Origin: Haliotis cracherodii
Taxonomy: Eukaryota
Direction: 5' to 3'
Assembly (NCBI RefSeq): GCF_022045235.1
Contig: NW_027266319.1
Coordinates: 25,978,001-26,042,000 of the forward strand
DNA: 64,000 bases
Shown: piece after piece, positions 13,570 through 25,529 of the stretch
How the letters are laid out: each line of letters begins with the position of its first letter
Position numbering within the stretch: position 1 is the stretch's first letter
Notes under the pieces: model-generated
What the model saw: only the letters and a program-made list of their open reading frames with translations
The model's database searches: none
What the model was told of the DNA's origin: nothing
Made by a program: the position numbers and the translations under genes

Positions 13570-13783
13570 CGTGAGTGAGTGTGTGAGTGAGTGAGTGAGT
13601 GAGTGAGTGAGTGAGTGAGTGAGTGAGTGAGTGTGGTTTTACGCCCTTTTAGCAATATTCCAGCAATATCACGGCGGGGGCACCAGAAATGGGCTTCACA
13701 CATTGTACCCATGTCGGGAATCGAACCCGGGTCTTCGGCGTGACGAGCGAACGCTTTAACCACTAGGCTACCCGACTGCGCCC
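13570..13783 (-). mobile_element. SINE family A with expanded (TCAC)n tail
   Basis: Near-identical to 1570..1732 in reverse; another partial copy at ~13160-13250. Confidence 0.85.
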
Positions 13784-13998
13784 GTTTGAGTAAGTTTAGT
13801 GCCATTCAGGTCTTGATGTCACCTACGAATCTCAATTTAGGATCGAAGGCAATATCGACTGATTGTCAGTTTACAGGTAACATATAACAGATGTCACATA
13901 ACTGTGTGGCGTCTGTATAGAGATGGAAGGAAAGAACGTGACCGCTTGAGTGATGTCTCCTAGCAGGGAAAAGACAAATTGACTGGACAAAAAGACAT

Positions 13999-16035
13999 TT
14001 ACATGTTGAACAGCCCTTTGAAAAAAGTTTTAATCCTGGGAAGGACTGTACCGATGAGGTTTGGCAGTACGTTTCCAAGCATGGCCATTATCCCCGATTT
14101 CTCGTTATTGACCTCATTTCTCGCCGTTTCTCTAAAGTCCTGCTTTTCTGTCTTCAGTCTTTTCCGGATTTCATTGTCTCTCCTCTTTCTCTCCATATCC
14201 AGCTGTCCTTCTGATTCCACTTTCTGTTTCTTGACGTCTCTCAAAGCCAATTTCAGATCCTCTACTTCCCTACAGAGATCAGCTATCTCGTCTTCAGCCA
14301 TAGCCCCAGCATCTTGCTTGCTTTCAAGTTCTGCTATTCTCGACTCCAGCTGTTTTCTCACTTCCGATGCTGCATCATGCTCTATCTGAAGCTTCAACTC
14401 GAATTCTCTCCAGATTGCGTCTCTTTCTTGTTGGATCCTACATTCATGTTCCCTTTTGAGTTGCCTCTCTCTCATCCTCATGTTCTTCTCAGCCTCCTTA
14501 TACATTTCATTTGTATAACACATGCCTCCGTTGTCATTAACAACGTCTTCCACCAGTGCGAGGAAATCCTGCACATCTTGTTCCTTTTCCTCGTCAGTGC
14601 CTCTGTTATTGAAGGCAACATATCTATCCTGGCATGACTTCAGTAGGTCTCGCAGTGGCTTGGGGACTTTCTTTACATACTCCATGATGCATTTATTATC
14701 ATGCAGAAGATCATCCTTCCTGGTGAACAGAACAATGACATAATCCAACATATCTTCTCCAAACACCAGTCTGAAATGATCTACCGTGTCCTGTTCTTCT
14801 TGAGTAAAACGGTCAATCCTGACAACGAGGACAAAGGCATGGGGACCAGGAGCTGTCATGCCGATACATTTCACTACTTCTTTCGTGATTTCAGCATTTG
14901 TCATACCTGTATCAAACAAGCCAGGGCTGTCGATTATTTGGATATTTCTTTCAAATCGGTTGCTGGTTCCTCTCTGGCACCTTTTGGTAAGAGATTCGCC
15001 ACATGCGCTTGATTCAAATACTTCTTTCCCGAGGATGTTATTGCCCGTAGCACTTTTTCCGGATCCTGTTCTTCCAAGGATGACTATTCTCCTTTCATTG
15101 GTCGGACATAGGTCAGAGGTCCCTGTAATGCAGACGATGCACCATGACAGACACGAAAGGTAAATTTATCCCTTCCACATGTAATCAATATTTACTGTTT
15201 TTCTGTACACAAACACAGCGATACAGTTCACATTAATTTTGCATCAGATTGATTTGAATTTTATCAGGCTGGATTATTCATGAATATTTTGAAGAAAAAA
15301 CTGAAGTATAAAAAATCGTTAAGTGTGCATTTGTTTTAATTAAGTTCGTTACCTGTCTTGCACAGATTGGGTTCTGGATCAGCCAAGAGACTGGGTTCCT
15401 GTCGCGGCTTCGGCGAAGAACATGCTTTGCATTTTTGCATGAGGCCATCGTTTTCGAGTGTACAATGTCCGCATATCCATTCCCCATCTAATGACACAAA
15501 TGACACAATACTATGACTATGGTCAATACCACAATCGTTCCGTAAGAATAAATTACAGGTGGATGCAACACCTGAGACAGACATGTGAGTTGAGGTAAAT
15601 ATTATGCCAGCAATCCTAAAACGCCTTCAAATGCTCACATAGCATCATTTTCCGTGAGGATTACGGTTTGATCATAATTAGATTATTTCAATCATCGATA
15701 CAACTGAAACTTAGATTAAATTTCTTGGCCTAATTTCCTTATTGAATTTTGCCAATCCGAGCAGCAATTATGACTCGTATGCACATATCAGCAAGGAAGG
15801 GCATTTCATAAATTGTATTCTTAGTAATGCTCAGATGACATTTGCTTTTCCTTTATATTGTAGCGGTTTTGATTTTACACCGTTTGTGAAAAATATCTCA
15901 CTGTGGAGTTACATTGTACGCACGCACGCACGCTGGCACGCACGCACGCACGCACTCACGCACGTACACGTTTTGGTTTAGTTTTGAAAATGGAAAGGCA
16001 AAACAATACTATGAAAACACCTTTCACTTACCCAT
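13999..16035 (-). CDS. GIMAP: GIMAP-2: NZF zinc finger + AIG1 GTPase + coiled coil; exons complement(16032..16035, 15353..15487, 13999..15122), 420 aa
   Basis: Motifs GRTGSGKS, DSPGLFDT, PGPHAFVLVVRIDRFT and FTRKDD. Start exon ends ATG G|gtaagt; a 135-nt phase 1-1 exon encodes WICGHCTLENDGLMQKCKAC; phase-1 acceptor at 15122. 4+135+1124=1263 nt, open throughout. Closest paralog of GIMAP-1 (shared FFKGLF tail). Confidence 0.9.
15353..15487 (-). CDS. RanBP2/NZF zinc-finger exon of GIMAP-2
   Basis: Encodes DGEWICGHCTLENDGLMQKCKAC; splice sites cattag| and |gtaac; phase 1-1. Confidence 0.85.
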
Positions 16036-16814
16036 ATTCGCTCTGACCACAGTTGACGCAATTCAGCAATTCTTCCTGAAATATAAACAGAAACAATCTG
16101 ACAAATAGCTCAGTATACGAAGACGTCCGGTGTTTGATTTGTTGTGATGGTAGAGATGTTTTACCAAAGGAACGTAACCAACAGATAACGCCTTCACACA
16201 TAGGGGGATTTATGGTAACAGTTTAGTGGGTTCACCCTCAGTGTGTTCTTTTCTCCTTGTTGACTATTTAAACACTGTTTAGATGGATGGATCAGATTAA
16301 ACCAAATTACAAGAATGCGCAGTTATATATGCTTTCCACAAAACAAAAGGAAACTGATGAAATAATAGTCAACATATCGCTGACCAGTCAAATATCTAGT
16401 ATTCAGAATACCCAAATCAGTACGTCTGTCATGTCGAAATACCTCCCTACACAATGACACTACAGACCGATCAGGGTATATAATTGTTACCCTAGCAAAT
16501 CGCTCGCCGCTACGTCGCCAACAACGTTTTCTGCCATCTGTGAATTGGAGGCAAAACCTTCATTAGTCTGTAAACATGGTGTAACGCCATTGGCGCACTT
16601 TGTTGTTACCTCACCCGCCTCAATCGTTACCGCGCCAGGTACTCTGTTAGGGTAAAACCTTTCACATACCATCTTGCTTTCATGCGGGCTGCGCGAAGGC
16701 GGTTTCTTACGGCACATGTTGACATTCGCTACAACAGGCTACATTGCAGCCACACACATGTGACGGTACTTATTCCAAAGTAAAAAAAAATACGCTTTTT
16801 TATTTCCAAAACGG

Positions 16815-17990
16815 ATATTCAATGTCTAATGTATTCACATCCCCATGTACTCACGTACTTACTGTCTCAAGTATTCACTGTCTAATGTACTCACTGACCC
16901 ATATACTCGCGTACTTACTGTCTCATGTATTCACTGTTTTCTGTACTCACTGACCCATATACTCACGTACTTACTGTCTCATGTATTCACTGTCTAATGT
17001 ACCCACTGACCCATATACTCACGTACTTACTGTCTCATGTATTCACTGTCTAATGTACTCACTGACACATATACTCATGTACTTACTGTCTCATGTATTC
17101 ACTGTCTAGTGTACCTACTGACTCATATACTCACGTACTTACTGTCTCATGTATTCACTGTCTAATGTACTCACTGACCCATATACTCACGTACTTACTG
17201 TCTCATGTATTCACTGTCTTCTGTACTCACTGACCCATATACTCACGTACTTACTGTCTCATGTATTCACGGTTTTCTGTACCCACTGACCCATATACTC
17301 ACGTACTTACTGTCTCATGTATTCACTGTCTAATGTACCCACTGACCCATATACTCACGTACTTACTGTCTCATGTATTCACTGTCTAATGTACTCACTG
17401 ACCCATATACTCACGTACTTACTGTCTCATGTTTTCACTGTCTAATGTACTCACTGACTCATATACTCACGTACTTACTGTCTCATGTATTCACTGTCTA
17501 ATGTACTCACTGACCCATATACTCACGTACTTACTGTCTCATGTATTCACTGTCTTCTGTACTCACTGACCCATATACTCACGTACTTACTGTCTCATGT
17601 ATTCACGGTTTTCTGTACCCACTGACCCATATACTCACGAACTTACTGTCTCATGTATTCACTATCTAATGTACCCACTGACCCATATACTCACGTACTT
17701 ACTGTCTCATGTATTCACTGTCTAATGTACCCACTGACCCATATACTCACGTACTTACTGTCTCATGTTTTCACTGTCTAATGTACCCACTGACCCATAT
17801 ACTCACGAACTTACTGTCTCATGTATTCACTATCTAATGTACTCACTGACCCATATACTCATGTACTTACTGTCCCATGTATTCACTGTCTAATGTACTC
17901 ACTGACCCATATACTCACGTACTTACTGTCTCATGTATTCACTGTCTAATGTACCCACTGACCCATATACTCACGTACTTACCGTCTAAT
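16815..17990. repeat. 56-bp minisatellite (~20 copies) built from 16+16+16+8 subunits
   Basis: ACTGTCTCATGTATTC ACTGTCTAATGTACTC ACTGACCCATATACTC ACGTACTT. Confidence 0.95.
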
Positions 17991-20900
17991 ATCTGCCATA
18001 TTGAGTATCTGAACAATAGTCACTGTGTTTCTCTGTTTCTGACTCGTCTATCTATTAAGGATTATAACGATACCTGCATTCATTTCCCTTTGTATCTTCG
18101 GATAATGAATAGGTTCTATAACATTTCTATTAGACCCTGAAGATCCGGGGTAGAATACATCTTCAGCAACCCATACTTGCCGTGACAGGCGACTATACTT
18201 GTCGTAAGAGGCGACTAAGGGGATTGGGTGGTCAGGCTCGCTGACTTGGTTTGATGATGCGTCATCGTATCCAAATTGCGTTGATCGATGCTCATGATGC
18301 CAATCAATGGATTGTCTGGCCCAGACCCGATTATTTCTTTTGCGTCCCCTGGGTACGTCAGAAACCTATGAATGTGGGTTCGAATCCGGGTTCGCCCCGA
18401 TTATGTTTCTAGGTTTGTCAGCACCATACCCGTGCTCCAGGGTTTCACCGAAGTGGTAAACGTCTGAGACCTGCATCACTTCGCGCTTTTCTCCCACACA
18501 TAACTGGAATACTGTAACTAAGCGGCGTTAAACCCAACTCACTCACTCACTTTGATGAGACAGTTTGGTAATCGGACTTTGTATACACAAGGCTTTACAT
18601 TTGGCATATCTAAATGTCCATTAAATTAGTGTCTGAATCGCAGCGAACTCAAGTACATTGTAAAATTGCATTTTTGCTCAAACGGGGCACGATATGTCGC
18701 CAATTACATAGGATAGTGCTTCACCTGTTGTGGGCATTTAAGCTAGTGACTAACTATTAAGAGAAATGGTCAAGAAGACCAAAATAGTATTACATCAGTT
18801 GTAACTGGATTCTAATAAATAATTCGTTTTATCCAGTTATGAGTATTTCAGCTACCTGAACAGATCCAAGTTTTGTGCGGAATTAACCCAAATCTCGATT
18901 TAATGACATTATACAATTAATATCGAAAAGAACCCCGAAGGTATTGGGGTTGTTTTTTTTCCAAAACATGTTATCGGTGCTATATTTGCCCATGAGAGAA
19001 GGATGCCCCTGCTATGACACCTACGTTGATCTAACAATAGCACCAAAATCTTTAATGTAGTGCCTAGTACTGTCTTTAAACGTAAGGGGAATAGAAAGTA
19101 AAATCGACGCTACTGAAACACCTCTGTCAACAATAAAATGCAGGGGGAAAGAAAGTATATACCTCCTACGTGTTTGCGTAACGTCGTGGTTTTTTAAATG
19201 GTTGCAGAGGGCTTACAATGATTGATAGTAATCCCTTCTACAAGGGTAACAATCATTGTAAACCCTCCTTTGAGGACTTACTAATACTTCTATACGTATA
19301 AATTTGTACTTGGTGTTTCAAACGTTCAACGTTCAAAAATCGGAGACAAGACATGAAAGTTTTCATTATGGATGACGAGAACCTGAAACCTCACACGTCG
19401 TGTTTTGTAGTCCACCGTTTTCCCGCAGAGCCATCGAGGCAAGTGATGAAATGTTCAGTTTTACATGTCATGAATCCAGTTGGTCCATGCTGCACGTTGT
19501 ATCTCTCTCGCACGCTATGATCGAATTCCTTTTATACCGCGACACACGGTACTGTTTTACTATAAGGCATCTCGATGTTTTCATATTTTTCTCCTCGGGA
19601 TTACTTGAGATTGTCAACCCTGACATTACATCCTGTCAGGGTTGACAATTTCAAGTAATTCCGAGGAGAAGTGGTTTCTCCTTCACTTATACACTTGAAC
19701 ATTGGATTTTGCCAAACAATTACAAGCGTTATCAAAACGATTGATATGTAGGTCAAACAGACACCACAGCGCTGTTCAAACGCAACCTGATCGGTAAGTG
19801 ACAACACGATTATCTTGAATTTCTACCACATACTACCGGAAAAAAAGAGAGTATGCAGGTGAAAATAGGATTTCCCCAAACAATTACAAACGTTGTCAAA
19901 ACCTTACTGGTATGAAAAAAATCTCCGAGAAACTGTAAACCCGTTTCAAGTACATCACCAGTTACCATGTGTTTGTTTCACGTTTAGTCACGATAAAATA
20001 TGGGCGTATACTTTCTTTTGCCCGGCGGTTTACAGCAAGTACGAGTGAACATGACCAGACCATATACAATATAATCTAATACGGCAAGGCCGGAGAATAA
20101 CCAGTCTCGATTATCCGACGACACAGATTCCATTGGGCGTAAAGGACAAAATAACGAGGGACACAGAAGAACAACAGGAACGCAGGGCAGTGTGCGTCAG
20201 ATCGTGTCTGGGTCAGCGACGTTGTCAAGCGCAATGTGTGGAGAAAGACAGCACACTTTGGGTGATCGGATCATCCTCAAGTGCTGAGGACGGAAGTTGA
20301 CTACCCTAAACCGGGAACAGAGCGGCGTTACCGGTTATAAAGTATATTCATTGTGAGACGATATATATAGGTCCTTGTGCCGCAGTTGAATAACAACTCA
20401 TGTCAGTTGGACTGACCAATCTAATTTAAATGTATGTCTTTGTAAGTAATTCTACGGTTTGAAGTTTAGATATGAATGTAGTGAACGTTTCGCGAACACC
20501 TGTATCATCACTGATGTTCAGTGTTCCGTTGATATAATGTTCACCGCTATTTCGCTTTTACTCCCAATGGAATCTGTTTCGGCGGATAATGGAGACAGGT
20601 CATTCTCTGGAGTTGACGTGGTATATTTAATATTTTTTAAATACATGTTTCATGTATTGTTTCAAAAATGTAATGTTTGTGTCTTTAGTCACCTGTTCAC
20701 TGTCATTTGTGAAACCGGCCACGCTTTGATACACCAGTCTAATCGACGGGGGCGTTATAGATGAGGAGGGGGGCACGGGTGGTCCAGTGGTCTAAGGCGC
20801 CGCGAAAATGTCAATTTTCCTCAACGCGCATTAGTTAATAAAACAATCCCTTTGATGTTTACGGTATTGGTTTTGTTTGGTGTTTACCGTCGCCCTCCCT

Positions 20901-21676
20901 TGATTCCGAATACCATATGAGTTTACACAATTAGGCTCATTGCTATCCCCTGAACCCCGAATACTACTTGATACAATGTCAAAGCATTGAGAAAAGGAAG
21001 CGATCTGAAGTTAAATTACTGAAAAGACATCGAAAAAATAAAATGTATAAAAATTCGGTACATACACCATTATTTTTAAACGATTCTGTTTGCGTCCCGC
21101 GTACCACATTGCTAAGTCCCGAAAACGTTCTTCTTAAACCCCCAAATCCCGCGTACCAGAATGAATTTGACAGCCTCCACACTGAGTAAGTGAGTGGGTT
21201 GGGTTGTACCAGATGTGTTATTCTTCTCTGGTGAAAGTTTGATACACTGGGCAAGCGGAAGTACATGCTATGCGAATTAGACTGTAATATATTTTTCATT
21301 TATCAAAAGAAACATTCACATGTACACAATATAGGATTTACTTGATGAAAGCATGGAATGCATTGACTGCAACACTCAGACATGAAAAAGGGGATGGTGA
21401 GGTAGCTTGTCATCCCGAAGTCCGGGTTCGATTCCCCACACGGCTACAACTGGAATATTGTTAAAAGCAAGGAAAACATACTCACTCACTCACTCACTTA
21501 CTCAGCCATCAAAAGATCACAAAATGTCAATACTGACTGATAAGTTCAATGTAATTTTCGCGAAACAGACACTTTGTAGATGCTAATGTATTATAGCGAG
21601 CATATGTATACATAAACTTGTACATATACTAGGATACAATGAAACTAATGTTATGCTTCCTTGTTTCCCGAAATAT

Positions 21677-23200
21677 TAAACTGAAGGCCAAATGAAACGT
21701 TACCAACATTAACTGATTTGCCACAGTGACTTTCATACAAAGATGCCAACCTGTTCAAAAACAGTAAAGAACACATCTCACGAATACAGCCTTCATGTTC
21801 TCTGTCGTTCTTTGAACGTGCTTTGCGGATTTTTGGAGATATTGGTGTTTGTCATCAATTTTTTAAAACATTCTTTCCCAAATTATCCTGCAATTTCCGG
21901 GTATAAATCACGCACGGATCTGTTCCCTATTATTGGTTGCGACGATTAACACCAACGAACATGCCAAGACTGACCGCTGTCCAGAGGGAGAGAGCCAAAG
22001 GTATGCTGCTGATGGGAGCGACACAGAGAGCGGTTGCCATTAACATGAACTGCTCCAAGATGACCATTACCAGACTGGTCGCACGTCTCCGACAGACTGG
22101 CAGAACCGCTGACAGACCTTGTAAAGGCAGACCAAAGGTCACGACCCCGCAGGATGATCGCTTTTTACGGGTACTTCATCTGAGGAACAGATTTCTTACT
22201 GTGACGTCATCAGCTGCCAACAGCTTAGGACATCCGGTCAGCAGACAAACAGTGACCAGACGACTACGACATTATGGCCTCCGGGCTTATCGCCCTTTCA
22301 AGGGCATGACCTTGACCCGTCAACATCGACGTGCCAGATTGACGTGGTGCAGGCAAACAGCGATGGCAACAAAGGGAATGGCGGCAAGTGTTGTTTAGTG
22401 ACGAGAGAAGGTTCCAACTCTTCAAACCTGATGGGCGGATGCGAGTTTATCGACGACGTGGTGAACGTGTCCAGGAGTTGGAACCGTACGGGGGCGGAAA
22501 TCTGTGATGGTCTGGGGCGGCATTTGCGGGGACGAGAAGACGGAACTTGTCATCATCAAAGGCAATCTGACAGCACACCGCTACATTGAAAATATCTTAC
22601 GGCCAGTGGTTCTTCCTTTCATCCAGCGTCAACAACGGACACTGTTCCAACAAGATAACGCCACACCCCATAAAGGCCGTGTTACTAGAGACTTCCTCAA
22701 AGCCAACAACGTGACTGTCCTGCCGCGGCCAGCTTGATCACCAGATCTGTAACCCATAGAACATCTCAGGGACCAACTGGGGCGTCGTCTTCGGAAACGT
22801 CAACATCCTCCCTTCACGAGACAAGCGTTGGTCGTTGCTCCCCGTGAGGAATGGAATCGGATTCCTGCGGTCGATGTGAGGACGCTTGTCTACTCAGTTC
22901 GACGCCGCATTCGAGGATGCATTGCCGCTTATGGAGGTCATATCCCGTATTGAACGGTCTGGGCCGTCGTCACTTTAAAGTTGTAACCAATGGTGTTGAT
23001 CGAATACTGAACGAATTACCCATTGTCAAGAAATGTCCCTGTTGGAGGTCAAGGACTTTGTTGTTGAATTAGTAAATTCGCATTTTACTGTTCTGAATGA
23101 TGAATTTCTACATTACAATTGTTATTGCTGCTTCAACTTGTGTTGGTCATATTTTATCCTAGAAATATCGTTGGTAACGTTTCTTTTGGCCGTCAGTTTA
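21677..23200 (+). mobile_element. Full-length decayed Tc1/mariner DNA transposon (DD34E)
   Basis: 31-bp TIRs (21677..21707 and 23170..23200, 2 mismatches, TA termini). Transposase remnants at 21961-22950 include an HTH region, MVWGGI and QQDNATPH...SPDL*PIE with 34-residue D-E spacing, interrupted by frameshifts and stops. Confidence 0.92.
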
Positions 23201-24262
23201 GGTCCGTACATGTAACTGTTTTTTATCAAGACACTTGGTAAATAAAGAAACGCATTTATTACGTTCTTTACCAAAGGAACACGTTACAGGATGTAGTGGG
23301 TCAGATGTAATTATTGTATCGACAATAGTGTTACTACATCCGGAATCACTTCGCCTTAGATAAAATTACCTTTTATGTTCAATATATAGTGCTCTTTATC
23401 ATCTGTGTAAAATGTGCATTCCATACTCACGAATGTCTGTGAACAACGCTATTGTTTGTATTTCTCGAAAGTTTAGACAAGTACCATTGTGTGATGTCTC
23501 CGACTCAAACAATTTGGATTACAATCCATGAATCTAGAAAGAGCTTTTGTATGTGAACGTGTAATTCATGCAACATGTGTTTAGATATCAGGTATCATTT
23601 TTGGATTCCAGTATCAATTTATATTTTGTTTATTTAGTTGGTATATATTTAGAGTAGGAAGGTTTATTGGAAACATTAAACATTTAAAAGTTTTGAACCT
23701 ACCTTTAGATATGGTTGTTTCCTCAGACAAAGATTTTTTCTTAAACATAATCATAATATTGATAACACATCACAAGCCCTTCAATATATCCTCATAACAA
23801 TATTCATATTGAAGCATACTGTTTCATCCAAATACTGTTAGTAACCACGCAAAGTAAAGCAACAATAATGTATCATTTGCGACTTAATTTAGTATACGGG
23901 TATCAGTATATTGAGCGCTTACCTCAAAGCTTGATAAGAGTTCAGACAGCCGTTTAGAAAGAAGCACATCCTACGTCTATTATATAATTGTGTGGCTTTA
24001 TACGTAGGCAATTTACTTCCCTCCCTTTGAAACAACAGGAAAGACAACTTTATCTGCAGAGGATCTAAATTGTCATCCATTGTTGTAAAACATTGTCTCA
24101 CAAATAGCATTCCCTTATATAAATTAAAGTGATTAATCATAGGAAGGTTGTAAACTGTAAAGGCTTTTGAACTTCGAACTTTTCAGGGCCCGCATTTGAA
24201 CTTAGTGGAATTTCCCCACATTAAGCTGACATGCAATGAAACTGTGTTCAAAGCCGCGTTAA

Positions 24263-24656
24263 ACACAACTGACACACTTTGTAGTGATACACAACTGACA
24301 CACTTTGTAGTGATACACAACTCACACACTTTGTAGTGATACACAACTTACACACTTTGTAGTGATACACAACTCACACACTTTGTAGTGACACACAACT
24401 CACACACTTTGTAGTGATACACAACTCACACACTTTGTAGTGATACACAACTCACACACTTTGTAGTGATACACAAGTCACACACTTTGTAGTGATACAC
24501 AACTCACACACTTTGTAGTGATACACAACTCACACACTTTGTAGTGACACACAACTCACACACTTTGTAGTGATACACAACTCACACACTTTGTAGTGAT
24601 ACACAACTCACACACTTTGTAGTGATACACAACTCACACACTTTGTAGTGATACAA
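24263..24656. repeat. 26-bp minisatellite (~15 copies)
   Basis: ACACAACTCACACACTTTGTAGTGAT in tandem. Confidence 0.95.
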
Positions 24657-24744
24657 AGGGAAGAAAGTTCATGAAGTCAATTCACTTTATTCAGTAGAAC
24701 TACATTTACAATTAATAACAATTTAAGACATTTGTTACAATACA

Positions 24745-25025
24745 CGGGGGCACGGGTGGTCCAGTGGTCTAAGGTGCCGCGATTCGCTGTGCAGAGTTGC
24801 GTCCCTTGGGCACGCCAGAAACCTAGGATTGTGGGTTCGAATCCTGGTTCGCCCCGATTATGTTTCTAGGTTTGTCAGCACAATACCTGTGCTCGTGGGT
24901 TTCACCAAAGTGTTAAACGTCTGAGAACTGCATCACTTCGGTCTTTTCCTCCCACATTAAGCTGTCACGCCGTGATATAACTGGAATACTCTTAAAATCG
25001 GCGTTAAATCGTTCACTCACTCATT
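24745..25025 (+). mobile_element. SINE family C with tRNA-Leu-like head; other copies at ~5475-5710(-), 18340-18552(+), 20770-20805 (head only), 26765-26985(-)
   Basis: GGTCCAGTGGTCTAAGGYGCC...GTGGGTTCGAATCC head; shared body ATTATGTTTCTAGGTTTGTCAGCAC; GGCGTTAAA + TCAC tail. Confidence 0.75.
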
Positions 25026-25219
25026 CACTGTATACGTTGTTCTTAGGGAGCTATACAGCACAGAATTAGTCATATCACGGATAAACATTTTGATATATGA
25101 TTGATGATTAAACACACATACACCTCAGGACACATAGTGCAAAGTTACATCTTTAGTGAGTGGAATGAATGGAATTTTGCGGTGGCTGCATTCACAAAAA
25201 AACAACAAAAACATTGAAT

Positions 25220-25370
25220 GTGAGTGAGTGGGTGAGTTGGGTTTTACGCCGCTTTTATCAATATTACAGCAATATCACCACGGGGGCATCAGAAATGTTG
25301 TATCAGTGTGGGGAATCGAACCCAGACCTTAGGCGTGACGAGCGAATGCTTTAACTACCCAACGCCCCTC
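25220..25370 (-). mobile_element. SINE family A (diverged)
   Basis: Similarity to 1570..1732. Confidence 0.7.
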
Positions 25371-25529
25371 CTCAAATGTGAAAGATTGCTATATATAATC
25401 TTAATAATAACCATAATAACCCGTAGACCAAATCATTAATAGATAAGCTTAAGAAAATCAAGAGATGATATACAAATCCTGAAAACCCTACATTTAACGT
25501 GGGCAAAAACATGAATGTAGAACAACCTT

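Noticed and set aside
16487-16717. 76-aa ORF upstream of GIMAP-2 as an extra coding exon
   Set aside because: Its phase-2 donor leads to a stop in the next exon, and the real ATG appears at 16035; at most a 5' UTR exon or uORF.
24263-24656. CRISPR-like regular repeats (also the 56-bp and 101-bp arrays)
   Set aside because: Units are head-to-tail without unique spacers, the context is eukaryotic, and there are no cas genes.
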